From NCBI GenBank assembly GCA_973851085.1, contig OZ316776.1, positions 12,338,001-12,402,000 on the forward strand: a DNA stretch of 64,000 bases, given 5' to 3'. The stretch's first letter is position 1; each line of letters begins with the position of its first letter. Shown here piece by piece: positions 43,999-55,295 of this stretch. Both the position numbers and the translations under genes were made by a program. The notes below the pieces were generated by a model. It was not told the origin of the DNA. It made no database searches and saw only the letters and a program-made list of their open reading frames with translations. Source of the DNA: Ptychomitrium polyphyllum. Lineage: Eukaryota.

Positions 43999-46385
43999 TC
44001 AAAGCCACCAAAAGCTTGCAGAGAGGCTGTTACTTGCTGCCTTCACGTAATGCCACCTGAATACCAGAAAAATTCTACTGTCAGTTCGGGACAACTGGTT
44101 ACACGCCAGTGCAATGTATCATTTACGTAAGTACATGGCAAAATGATGTCTCGTATTCCTTCCTTGAATCCTTAATCGTGAGTAGATGGGCTTGATCAAC
44201 AGACATGAACCATGTCACAATCAAAACAGAAGCTTCTGCACTTTGTGCAGCTAGAGATAAAATCTTTTGCAAGGCCAGGGCGGTAATTAAAGGGCATCGA
44301 CCAAGGGGAAACAAAATTGGAAAAATTAGTTACCAAGAACATAGAAATTGTAACAGATTCAGAAGAGACCAGGTTACCATTTCAGAGGAATATAGAGCAT
44401 CTCGCCTGCACGCAATTCACAGTCCCAGTACTCTGCTTTACCAAACTCCGGCCATATCTTGCTTGCATTTGGGTCCTCCGGATTCACCTGTATTTACGAC
44501 TATGATTCAGAAAATTAACTAAAGATCGCACAGGTCTAATCAGCCACCATTACAAATATGCATAAGTTTAGCAGCTTGTTGATATGGATATGAAGCTGAG
44601 CACAAGACAAGCGAGAAAAGTTAGGCGCGAAAGCACCCACCAAACCTGAGAAGAGTTGCGAAGAAACATGTTCGATGTGAAAGGATAGAGCTTTGAACTT
44701 TCTTCAGGAGCGTAAAGGCGGATGTGCTTTGTCCCCCATATCTGCAGAAGATTCGACTGGTCACTTCGCTTGTCTATATTTAATGTTAAATGTTAAGTCA
44801 TTAATAAGCATGCAGAGAGGGAAGAGGACGAAAGTTGGATGGAACAAACACCTGTGACAAGATGTTATGATATGGATCAAAATGTAGTGGAGAAACAGTT
44901 CCGGCAGGTCCCAACCATACGTTTCTCTGGTAAACTTCCCGCTGGGCTTTTACATAATCAGGATCCCTGCCATTAAGACAAATCATTCTATCTTTCCATG
45001 AGAGCTCAACACAACAGGCTTAACAGGCTTAACAGGGCTTGACTCAATCCTTGCAAAATGCTCACAGCCTCTTCGAAAAAACTGTACGACAGGAGAAGCG
45101 TGAGAACTCCTAGTTGTAAAACGGAGAAGAAATAAATAGAATGCTTGAGCCTTACTAGAAGTGCACAGAAAAAATTAACTAAATAATAACGACAGTCAAG
45201 AAAGGCTTACTCTTACGGTATGTCATTCGCCATTTCAGGGACTTCAGTGAGCAGCTGATGCTGTGCCATGTACCCAATAAGCGGCGGTGGTGAGGATGAG
45301 TCTTCTCTTTTACACATAAATATGTCGATGAAGTCTGCCAAAGACACTGCATTCACGCAGGACATAACACCGTACTTCTACATGGTAAGCATAACTTCTC
45401 TTAATTCAGTAATAACATACATTACTGCAAATTAAAGCGAACTGAGTTTAAGAAATTTCAAGTGACTAACATCAGTAGCACTAGCCTTTTCTTCACTACT
45501 AAATTATCACAATCTCGTAAACCTTGAAACAACCGACTAGGTAACTTCAAAAATATTTCTTAAAACTGCAATAATTTTTCTGCTGAGACATTCTTGAGAC
45601 AATTATGTTGGTATTTTGGCAAATCTCTCAGCATAACATAACGATAACATAATATAACAACCTAACTGGAATTTAAGGTAATCACAGGACTCATTCAAGA
45701 GATGTGCTCAATTCACTTAAGTCATGATGCGAGTATGGAGTGAATCTTACTAGGTTGATGAGGCATAAAATACTCCTTAGAGCCAGCATGCGTAATGCTT
45801 TCCTGGTAAAGATCCCGGTAATCTCCGTACCTACTTTCATCCTCATTCCAAAATCCAAGCTCAACAGGAACATTCAAATGCCCAAATCTCTCCTTGAGCG
45901 ACTCCGGAGTCCACTTTCTTGACGCCCATGTCTCCATTGCACTTTGTATTACCATAGGTGTTTGTGCCTACACCCCCAGCACCCATCCAGAAGAATTAAC
46001 TCATCATTTCAGAAAAATAACTTGTCATAAAAAACGAGAAGCCCTAATGCTTACAAGCTCATTGAAACTCTGCAATTTCATCAAATTTAGGTCTCGCAAC
46101 TTCAAAACCAAGCACAGCAACCCCAACATTACCCTAAAACTAAAACAAAATCTTCACCAAATTCCCTGACGGTCCCTCAATCCGCACCTTGTAGCACCCC
46201 TCCACGAACTCCTCTACTGTGGGCGCAACGCGCACCGGAATGGCCCTCTTCCGGGATTCATCAGGATGGGCAGCTGCAACAGTCTGAACCGAGCGAAGGA
46301 AGAGATGCTGGTTGCAGCGTACTAGCAGCATAGCCTTCCTGCAGCTCTGCAACTGTGATCGCTTCGCCATCATTTCCCGCAACAT
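43999..46385 (-). CDS. JmjC-only 2-oxoglutarate/Fe(II) oxygenase (JMJD5/KDM8-like, cupin_8), 7 exons
   Basis: Exons 46385-46188, 45967-45751, 45346-45217, 44987-44852, 44741-44646, 44487-44378, 44056-43999. Motifs VPVELG, GYMAQHQL, NVWLGPAGTVSPLHFDPYHNILSQ (HxD), GTKHIRLY, GEMLYIPLKWWHYV (third ligand His) and SFWW. Confidence 0.9.
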
Positions 46386-46750
46386 CGTACCTATTCAAAA
46401 CATCTAAACTCTAAATATTCAAAGGTTAGCTAAACGAACATGGGCCGCTCCGTGTCTCGCCTCAGAAACACGCCCCCACTTGACCAAGTTGGGTTGTCAC
46501 CTAAAACCGCTGTCTGGGTCGTCGTTGGGTCTCTCGAGACATTCGTTTCAGCCCTGACGGAATAGTTCATCCGCTCGGTTTCATCGACTTCAAGTATTCA
46601 AGACTGAGAGTGAGTTGTGGAATCTGAAGTCACTCGAGACTATGCTGACTCTGTATCGACACTTCACAGCTCTGAAGAAGACTCAGCTTGGTGTTGCTGA
46701 CTCGGCGTCGCTAACTTCTTCGCACCGTATTTGAAGCGGCTCTGTCCCTG
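46386..46750. promoter_or_regulatory. Probable compact bidirectional promoter between the JmjC and ferredoxin genes
   Basis: Head-to-head genes with ATGs at 46385 (-) and 46980 (+). CpG-containing interval with TGGGCC (site-II-like) at 46441. Confidence 0.5.
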
Positions 46751-46979
46751 GATGAGAAGAAAATTGTTATCAGGTATTTCTCTTCCTCTGCTCTAAATCC
46801 TCAGTCTTTTTCTTGTTGCACATTGTCCGATCGAGTGAACAGCTTCATTGGGGTGATATATTGTTATGCGAACAGCATTGCAGAGTTCCCTCACTCGATC
46901 GCCGTTCGCTTTTTGCGGTTTAGGAGAGGCAGGTAGAGGTTTTGAGTTTTGTGCTCGTGGTGCTGTTTCGATCGAGGAT

Positions 46980-47784
46980 ATGGCAGCTTTAGTATTGGGA
47001 GCGATTTCTGTACCAAGCAGCGGTGCCGTCTCATCGTCTGCGTTGTTGTCATCGAACATCAAGCTTTCGTCGAAGGTTATTTTCACAAGGAGCTCTCGAA
47101 CGAGGACAGTTCGTGCAAGAACAGCAATCACCGCAGCAGCATATCAGGTGGGTAGTTAATCATCACTGTCTTGTATATGCTTCTTCAGCTTTGTTCAATG
47201 TCGTTACGGCTGGAATCCTACATCTTCTGTTTCCTGTACTCTTCTTCAAGAAACGGGGTGCAAGTAGTGTAATGTTAACCCGGTTATAGCTATTCTTTGA
47301 TCTTTGAGCAGTTGCGAGGGAATTCTCCGCTGTTACTTTGAAAGAGTTAACTTGGACACCCCGCGTCATTGCTGTAGATGCCGACATGATTAAGCTCACT
47401 GAAGCATGCATGCACTTGAAAATTTTCCAGCTGAAGGGACTGCCACTAATTATTTTGTGGTTCAAGAAGCTGGACAATGATCGGATTTGTTGGTATGCGT
47501 TGCAGGTGACATTGATCACCCCCGAAGGTGATAAGGTGGTGCATGTCTCTGGAGATGAATGCATTTTGGATGCAGCTGAAAAGCAAAGTGTAAGTTTACC
47601 CTACAACTGCCGGTCGGGAGCTTGCTCCTCTTGTGTCGGACTTCTGAAGTCAGGAACGGTGAATCAGGATGATCAGACGTTTCTTGACGAGGCACAACTG
47701 GAAGCTGGATTCGCTCTTATGTGTACTTCGTATCCGATGTCGGATTGTGTCATGGAAACGCATCAAGAAGAGCAGTTTTATTAA
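46980..47784 (+). CDS. Plant-type [2Fe-2S] ferredoxin with plastid transit peptide, 2 coding exons
   Basis: Exons 46980-47147 and 47506-47784. Ser/Arg-rich transit peptide, then AYQ|VTLITPEG...ILDAAE...LPYNCRSGACSSC...C...HQEEQFY (CxxxxCxxC...C). Confidence 0.95.
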
Positions 47785-49514
47785 GTGCATCCAAGCCATG
47801 GCTTTCTACGGAGATTTGTTACATTTTACGGTACGTTGAAATCCACAGGGTACACTTAAATGATTTTGAAGTAGGCAGGGGCCTTACAAGCCTATCCTAA
47901 ACCTTGAACAAACAAGATGTAGAGCATTAGACATGCGTGGAAGACATTGCTCTATGAACACATTGTGGCCTACTTTTGTCTGAATAGCAAATTTTAATAC
48001 GCTGGTAATGTTAACATCAATAACAGATGACTACTTGCAGTCTGGACTCGATTAATGTCTTCCAAGCAAGTTGTCCTTCAGTATAAGTACTTGATCGAGT
48101 TTGAGAGTCATGAAACTTTGATGTCAAAGTATAATACTGCATTTGAGGTTGCATTGTTACACATTCTTTGTTTTACTTCCTTGAGATGAAATGGACTCCC
48201 GCGCTGGGAAAAATGTCTGGTAGTATTTGAATTTAATGTCTTGTGTTGATGCCCTTATGCTGCAAATCCTCAGGCAAAGCCATTTTAACTGTCAATTTTA
48301 TAACGTCCTTAGGTTCGAAAAGTCTTAAACACCAGGAAGCTTCAGATTGTACGAGACGGGCACAAGTATTATTTTTCACATCCTACTACACTAAAGGGTT
48401 AAGGAACAACCAACCCTGACAATCGGTACTGCAGAATTTCTACGATATGTTCTCTTCTGAGCCTCATACCATTCGATTTTTACTCAAGGTGTTTCTCATG
48501 CTCAGACTTGCAAGAAACTCCTCTTTGTGCGCCGGGGGATGGACCGGGTGTATATCTGTGGTGAGTTGAGTATTTGTCAAAGTTCTATCCGGCTGAGAGT
48601 TTCCATTCAGCAAAATCCCGTCTCAGTGGCCTGTGCGTCGGTGTAGGAATTGAACGAAGCTGTTTCTTCCCCCTTAAAAAAGAAATTAGCATCTGTTTCA
48701 ACGTTTTAACAGGAAGACTCCGTTTATCAATCTTGCATGTGAGCTATGTTGTACTGCTCAGCTAAAGTCTCCTGAAGACGAAGAGTTAAATTATTTCTTT
48801 GAATCCGTAGAAATCTTTTCTTGCTCCGTCTCTAGTCTCGAAGTTCAACATTGCTAAAGAATAGTACGCATATGCCAGAGTGGAGGTACGGTGAGTTGAA
48901 AACCTTCACACTATGACACTGCAATTTCTTGTCAAAGGGCAAATCAGTTCTGCCTTCCGTTTCAAATAGAGAACTTTTCAGTTCGTGAAGTTTCAAAGTA
49001 ATGATCTCAGAGCACTCCTTGAATATCTAAGCGTGAAGTTCAGAGACGCAGATTTGCATTGAGGAATAGGTGAAGTGAAGATGGGTTACCTGCCGGCCCC
49101 TGCGCAGTTCCGCTCGCGGTTAAGTGCACGGTTGGCTACGGAGAGACGAGACCCACGATGCCAGTTGGAGGGTTGCCAAGAGTTCGTGCAAGAGAGGTGT
49201 GGGCCTTCCGGCTGCTGTGGATAGGGGAACAAGCATCCATGTTTTTGTGCATCAGCACAAGGTGAGCGACATGCAACTTTCAAGGTGACGATCAAAGTTG
49301 ACTGTAGCACATTGCAGCTTCATTCTAACTTACCGATTGCAATCGACCGCAACCTTTGTGATCTGGATTCCTCTGGAGTGGAATCAACCATAATTGATTG
49401 TGTATCAATTGAGTGACGATGATGGAGCTTTTGGGACGCCACTTGATGGGCGATAGATTCGTAGAAGTGTGGTGAGATTCTTCCCTGTGTTGTTGCGGCA
49501 GGTCATTGGGAGAC

Positions 49515-52500
49515 ATGGCCGGGAGCATGGTGCAGAGACGTGGGCCGATGGCGCGGTTAGGACTGCGAGCGAATGGCTTCGAGGGGTTGAGGAAGTTGGG
49601 TCATGTGCAGTTTGCCGGAGTTGTTGCAGGTGGGAGGGTGAAGAGGACGACGGTGCAACGCGGGGTAAGTAGTCTGGTTGTTCGATGTGAAAGTGAGAAG
49701 AAGGTGAAAGTGCGGTTGCGGATTGATCATCAGGTCCAATTCGGTGAGTCGCACGCCATTTTGGGTTCTGCGCAATGCACTGGGGCGTGGCAGGAGAGGG
49801 TGCCCATGTTTTGGACGGAGTCGGGGTGGGTGCTAGAGTTGGAAGCGAATCCTCAGGAGAAATTAGAGTACAAGCACATTATCGTTACCCATAACGGTGA
49901 TGTGGTTTGGGAAGGAGGCCCTAATCGCACGCTGTCATTGCCGAGTGAGGGGGAATTTGATGTTATCACGCATTGGGATTGCACCCATGAGGAGCTCCAA
50001 TTGCAGGGAGAGCAGGCAGTAAATAGTCCAGATTCACTGGTGCGTGATGGCGGTAATCAGGAGCAAGCCCAAGCCTCTGTATCTGCAAGTAGTCAGCGGG
50101 AGGCAGAGATTCCTGTGCATAGGCTGGAGGAGATTTCGACATCTTTTGTACAGCAATGGCAGGGGGGACCGAGGAGCGATGAACAGGAGAGGGCAGGGAA
50201 GTGGGATACCACCGGGTTGGATGGGCTAGCTTTGCAGATTGTAGAAGGTGACAAAAGCGCGAGCAACTGGTGGCGGAAGTTGGAGGTGGTGCGGACGCTC
50301 TTGACGGGTGAGCTCGGTACGAAAGAGAGGCTGAAAACACTTGTTAATGCCGCAGTGTACCTGAAGTGGATCAATACAGGACAAATTGCTTGCTACGAGG
50401 GTGGTCAGCATTATAGACCTAACAAGCACGCTGAGATTTCTAGGAGGATCTTTGTGCAGTTGGAGCGAATTTCTGGTGAGAGAGGCGTGAGTTTGAGAGA
50501 GCTTCTGCTTGTCCGGAAAATTCATCCTTGTTTGCCTGCTTTCAAGGCAGAATTTACAGCCTCTGTTCCTCTGACTAGAATACGAGACATTGCACACCGC
50601 AACGACATCCCCGACGAGTTAAAGCAGGAAATCAAGCACACATTACAGAATAAGTTGCATAGAAGTGCAGGACCAGAGGATTTAGTGGCTACTGAGGCAT
50701 TGCTCACGCGGGTGACAAAAACGCCGGGAGAGTACTGCGAAGCGTTTGTGAAGGAGTTCAAAACCTTTTACTCGGAGCTCAAAGATTTCTTCAATGCCGG
50801 AAGTTTGACAGAACAGCTGGAAGGATTGCGGCCATCAATTGACAAGGACACTAAAGCAATTTTGGAGCATTTTCTCTGGAGCAAGCACAGGTTGGAGACG
50901 TTGGATAAGGCAGGTGGTGCAAATATCATCGAGCCGTTGTTAGATACATTACACGCGTTAACTAATTTGCGCAGGATACTGGCGAAGGGGCTTGAAAGCG
51001 GTCTTCGAAATGATGCATCTGACGAATCCATTGCAATGCGGCAGAAATGGCGTCTTTGCGAACTAGGGTTAGAGGATTATTCGTTCGTTTTGCTTAGCAG
51101 ATTAATCAATGCGTTCGACAGTGCAGGAGGAGCTTCATGGTTTACAGAGGAGGTCAAGGATGGCAAAGTGGGCCAATGGACGCCTGCATTGACCAGCCTC
51201 GCTATGGGTGTTCAGCAGCTGGGTTTGTCAGGTTTGCACCTTGCAGAATGCATTGCAATTAAGAACGAGCTGCTGGCATGGTCTGCAACGGCAGTTGTCT
51301 CTGTATTCGAAGCGAAAGACACAAAGGCATGGGCACTACGACTGAAGGCAACCGTAAACCGTGCACGTCGACTAGCTGAGACTTACACTGACACAGTGTT
51401 GCAAATCTACCCTGACTATGTGGAGAAGCTTGGCAAGGCTTTCGGCATTCCGGAGAACACTGTGAGAACCTATGCAGAGGCGGACATACGAGCGAGTGTT
51501 GTGTTTCAAGTAGCAAAACTATGTTCCCTAGTGCTGAAGGCCATCCGATTAACAGTTGGAGGAGATGGTTTCGATACCATTATGCCTGGAAGATCTGCAG
51601 GTCTGCTTGTTGAAGTTGATAGAATTGTTCCAGGTTCTTTGCCATCTTCTGCCAGTGGTCCTCTTGTACTCCTTGTGAAAAGGGCGGACGGCGATGAAGA
51701 GGTCAAGGCTGCAGGCTCGAACGTGGCAGGGGTAGTCCTACAACACGAGCTTCCACACTTGTCGCATTTGGGTGTTCGGGCTCGTCAAGAAAAAATTGTA
51801 TTCGTCACATGTGATGACGAAGAGAGGATAGCCGCTTTACGGCCATTGCTGAACAGGCCTGTTGAATTCGTGGCATCGTCTGAATTTGTTCATATTAGAC
51901 CATATGAAAGCCCACCACCTCATGAGACACAAGATGACCTAGGAGCTGGTTTGAGTTCGAAGTCACAATTGAAGGAGAAATTGGTTAACGATGATCAGGG
52001 GCCTTCTTTCATAAGGCTAGCGACTCTGTCGAAGGTCACAGAACCTAAACATTGCGTGGTCGTTCGAAGCTCACCGGGGACAGTCCTCGACCTCTCCGAA
52101 GCCACAACTCCAAATTCTGGCACAAAAGCATCTGTGTGTGGTGTGCTAGCTGCGTTGGCTGAACAGGCACAGAAGGTGCAGAGCGATCAGGGTGTGCCTG
52201 CAAAATTTTGCGTTCCCAAAGGAAAAGTTATTCCATTCGGAGGTATGGAGGACGCTCTTGAGAGCAGCTCTTCCTTGGAAAAATTCACTGCTCTCATTGC
52301 AAGAGTAGAGACTGCTTCACTCGAAGGTGGAGAATTGGATAAAGTTTGCAGTGAATTGCGATCTCTAGTTGCTGAGCAACAACTTTCTGAGGCCATTCTG
52401 GATGGGCTCGCATCAGGAGGATTTTCTAAAACAGCCAGACTAATCGTAAGGTCGAGTGCAAATGTGGAAGACCTAGAAGGAATGTCTGCAGCGGGGTTGT

Positions 52501-53087
52501 ATGAGTCAATATCAAATGTCAAACTTTCAGAGCCTGAAAGTTTTGGTAAGGCCGTGGCGCACGTGTGGGCGTCCCTTTTTACAAGAAGGGCAGTATTGAG
52601 CCGACGAGTTGCTGGTGTGCCACAGAAGGAAGCCTCCATGGCCGTCCTAGTACAGGAGTTGCTGTCTCCGGAGCTTAGCTTCGTCCTTCACACGGTGAAT
52701 CCCATTGACCATGACAAGGCAGTGTTGCAGGCTGAGCTAGCCGTAGGGTTGGGGGAGACGTTGGCGTCTGGAACACGAGGTACTCCATGGCGGCTTGCTT
52801 GCAACAAATTTGATGGAACTGTAAAGACTCTTTCTTTTGCAAACTTCAGTGACCAGATTATAGTACAGAACGGAAGCAAGAAACCAGCGGATGAAAGTGT
52901 GTTGCGCCAAGTTGTTGATTACAGCAGCCAACCTCTTTCTTCCGACCCCGTCTTTAGAGAGCAAGTAGGCCAGCGTCTTGTTACCATTGGGTTTTTCCTG
53001 GAACAGCACTTCAAAGCTCCCCAGGATATTGAGGGCTGCATCATTGGACAAGATGTTTACATTGTGCAATCACGGCCGCAGCCATGA
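49515..53087 (+). CDS. PWD: Phosphoglucan, water dikinase (PWD/GWD3), plastid, intronless CDS
   Basis: CBM20-like domain (RIDHQVQFGESHAILGS...WEGGPNR), AEFTASVPLTRIRDIAHRNDIP, phospho-His region ELPHLSHLGVRARQEK, and ATP-binding domain VRSSANVEDLEGMSAAGLY...IVQSRPQP. First in-frame ATG at 49515. Probable 5'UTR intron 49262-49501. Confidence 0.95.
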   Translation: MAGSMVQRRGPMARLGLRANGFEGLRKLGHVQFAGVVAGGRVKRTTVQRGVSSLVVRCESEKKVKVRLRIDHQVQFGESHAILGSAQCTGAWQERVPMFWTESGWVLELEANPQEKLEYKHIIVTHNGDVVWEGGPNRTLSLPSEGEFDVITHWDCTHEELQLQGEQAVNSPDSLVRDGGNQEQAQASVSASSQREAEIPVHRLEEISTSFVQQWQGGPRSDEQERAGKWDTTGLDGLALQIVEGDKSASNWWRKLEVVRTLLTGELGTKERLKTLVNAAVYLKWINTGQIACYEGGQHYRPNKHAEISRRIFVQLERISGERGVSLRELLLVRKIHPCLPAFKAEFTASVPLTRIRDIAHRNDIPDELKQEIKHTLQNKLHRSAGPEDLVATEALLTRVTKTPGEYCEAFVKEFKTFYSELKDFFNAGSLTEQLEGLRPSIDKDTKAILEHFLWSKHRLETLDKAGGANIIEPLLDTLHALTNLRRILAKGLESGLRNDASDESIAMRQKWRLCELGLEDYSFVLLSRLINAFDSAGGASWFTEEVKDGKVGQWTPALTSLAMGVQQLGLSGLHLAECIAIKNELLAWSATAVVSVFEAKDTKAWALRLKATVNRARRLAETYTDTVLQIYPDYVEKLGKAFGIPENTVRTYAEADIRASVVFQVAKLCSLVLKAIRLTVGGDGFDTIMPGRSAGLLVEVDRIVPGSLPSSASGPLVLLVKRADGDEEVKAAGSNVAGVVLQHELPHLSHLGVRARQEKIVFVTCDDEERIAALRPLLNRPVEFVASSEFVHIRPYESPPPHETQDDLGAGLSSKSQLKEKLVNDDQGPSFIRLATLSKVTEPKHCVVVRSSPGTVLDLSEATTPNSGTKASVCGVLAALAEQAQKVQSDQGVPAKFCVPKGKVIPFGGMEDALESSSSLEKFTALIARVETASLEGGELDKVCSELRSLVAEQQLSEAILDGLASGGFSKTARLIVRSSANVEDLEGMSAAGLYESISNVKLSEPESFGKAVAHVWASLFTRRAVLSRRVAGVPQKEASMAVLVQELLSPELSFVLHTVNPIDHDKAVLQAELAVGLGETLASGTRGTPWRLACNKFDGTVKTLSFANFSDQIIVQNGSKKPADESVLRQVVDYSSQPLSSDPVFREQVGQRLVTIGFFLEQHFKAPQDIEGCIIGQDVYIVQSRPQP

Positions 53088-53940
53088 AGACATGAGCATG
53101 CACCGTCTTGCCGTGGATCTGGGTTCCTTTCAGGTCTGTCGGCTTGAGCATGTAATTTAATTCGTACGAGTAGTTGTAGATAATTTTATTTTGGGCGACT
53201 ATTCATGTGGCCCTTGATCGGATGCATCATTGTACTCTTTACTGAGTTGTTGTAAGCTCCAAAGCCTAGTTCGTCTTATATTAGGCAGCATGCGATACGC
53301 CATTTAATATATCTGGATGTAGACCAGCAGATGTAGCACATGCTACCTCTCAGTTCCTCGGTATTGTTCATAGCAGGTTTAAGTTGACAGGATTTTTCGA
53401 CACTTGGATTGATTGTAATAAGAACGCTCTTTCTTTCCTAGGGCTTTATGATCTTCTGCGAGTTTCTGTTTGATTCATGCACTGCTTAGGGTCCTTAATT
53501 AGCCGAGTCTTAAACCCGATATCGCACTATACAAAGCAGGGATAGGGGGCCCTTCTCCCGAAGCCCTAATCCCAAACCACTCCCGGCTGCCCCCACTCTT
53601 CCGCTCTCCCCCGCCCCCGCACCTCCGCGGCCGTGCCTTGCCTGGCGTCCAACTGACGTTCTGAGATTCTCGGCGATGTTGTGTCAACCTCCTGTCCCAA
53701 ATTTGAGAGATTCCAAGCTGTGGAGTCCAAGTTCGCATTTGGAGGGTAAGTGCTAAGCCTTTCTTGGCCATCAGGGTTGTGGGAACGCTGCGACCATGAG
53801 CATGCTTGCGGTATTGCGGTATTGCGATGTGGGCCTGTATAGGTGATTCGCAGTTTGACGTTCTAGTACACGCGACTTGATTGGTTCTTCCCTTGAGCTG
53901 AGTTTTGATTTCGAAGAGTCAATAACGGGAAGAGAAGGGA

Positions 53941-54166
53941 TGCAGGAGTGATGCAGCAGAACTTTGTGGTTCTTTTGAAACCATTTCAAGAGTGTTTACA
54001 ATAGGCGTCGTAGAAACCTTCACTCAATCATGAAGGTTACTCGGCTGCGTGCAGTCCGGGAGCTTGTGCAGTGCTAATATCCATCTTTTACCAGTTCGAT
54101 ATGAAGGTAGCTCCATGCTCTGACTTTCAAATCAGACATTGCATTTCATTTGCTGCATCACCTGCA
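53941..54166 (+). ncRNA. Candidate structured non-coding RNA or pre-miRNA-like fold-back in an ORF-less, transcription-unit-like region
   Basis: TGCAGG-A-GTGATGCAGCAGA pairs with TTTGCTGCATCAC-CTGCA (19 bp, one bulge) and encloses several short hairpins. Upstream CpG-rich segment (~53500-53660) and G|GTAAGT donor at ~53746. Confidence 0.35.
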
Positions 54167-55064
54167 CGTAAAAACTCTGAATATACTTTAAAATTACTGT
54201 TTTGCATCACTTTGAGTATTAGGTGATAGATTCAAACCGTTGGTTCATTTTGGTGCTCCCTGGGTCACGAGAGTGGGAGCTGTTGTTGACTCTTGTCGCC
54301 CTTGCCATCAATCTACCTTGCTAACAAGAACAATACATTCAAACAAGATGGTTTCATTTGCAGCTCTGATTGACTCCGACACTGCACTGCCAAGTTCTCT
54401 CAACACTCGTAAGCGTATTGATTGATTGGTTGATTTATTTATTTATTTATTGATTCTTGTTGTAGTATAAGCTTAGTACTGTCTTCAACTTCATGACTCC
54501 TGGAATGATCTGAAATTTGAGCTTCGGCACAGGCTGGTTGCTGGTTGTTCATTTGCACTGTTCTTCTTGTAATGACATGGATGATTCATTTGTTTCAAAC
54601 AAAGTGTGAGCTTCGTCTATGAATGAGAAGGTTAGTCACCAACATCTATCAGGAATCATCACTCAAACATCTCGTGCAACTCACACATCCAAACAAGAGG
54701 ATCTTGTGCACATTCCTCTCGGGTCGCTTCATTATGCAATCTGTACAGTATTTTCAGTGTCTGTTCTGACACAAGTCAATCAATAATAAGAAATAATAAG
54801 AATTATAATAATCAAGGTTGCAAATGTGGGAGTTGAATTTGGTTCAAGTTTTCTCAGTGGAATAGTGTTCCAACGTTCAAACAGTCCAAGGGAAGACCAC
54901 GGTAAAATTCGAAGGTAAAAGAGCCCATTACCACCAGAGACCTGGAGACCTATTGCCACTAGGTACTAGAAGACTAGGAACTATCAGGATTAATTCACCT
55001 AAAGAAGAAAGTTTTGCAAAACATATTCTAAAATTTATTTTTTCATGAAAGTGATGGTTGGGTT

Positions 55065-55295
55065 GTGGTTGTGGTTGGAAAGCCTTCAATTTTGGACCTC
55101 ATTGAAGATACATGGATTCTTCAAAGCCAACTCCTTGTGTATTTGAGGTGCCCAAAGCTCTTCCACCTATTTTTCTAACTGCTATCCAAAACTAAGAATA
55201 TTTTAATGCTTATATCATAGGTTATTGGAGATTGTTATATATGAGGAGAATACATTCTAAAACCACAAGATGAAGGGGGTTTTACTAAACAAATA
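55065..55295 (+). repeat. Diverged dispersed repeat, copy 2 (similar to 17930-18150)
   Basis: Colinear similarity, e.g. TCCAAAACTAAGAATATTTTAATGCTTAT vs TCCAAACTAAGAATACTTTAATATTTAT. Confidence 0.6.

Noticed and set aside
49221..49241. Resemblance to the miR408 5' arm
   Set aside because: No mature miR408 sequence or complementary arm downstream. It lies in the PWD leader.
53941..54166. Telomerase RNA, U snRNA or snoRNA identity for the fold-back
   Set aside because: No CCCTAAA-type template, no recognisable snRNA sequence and no canonical terminal C/D boxes.
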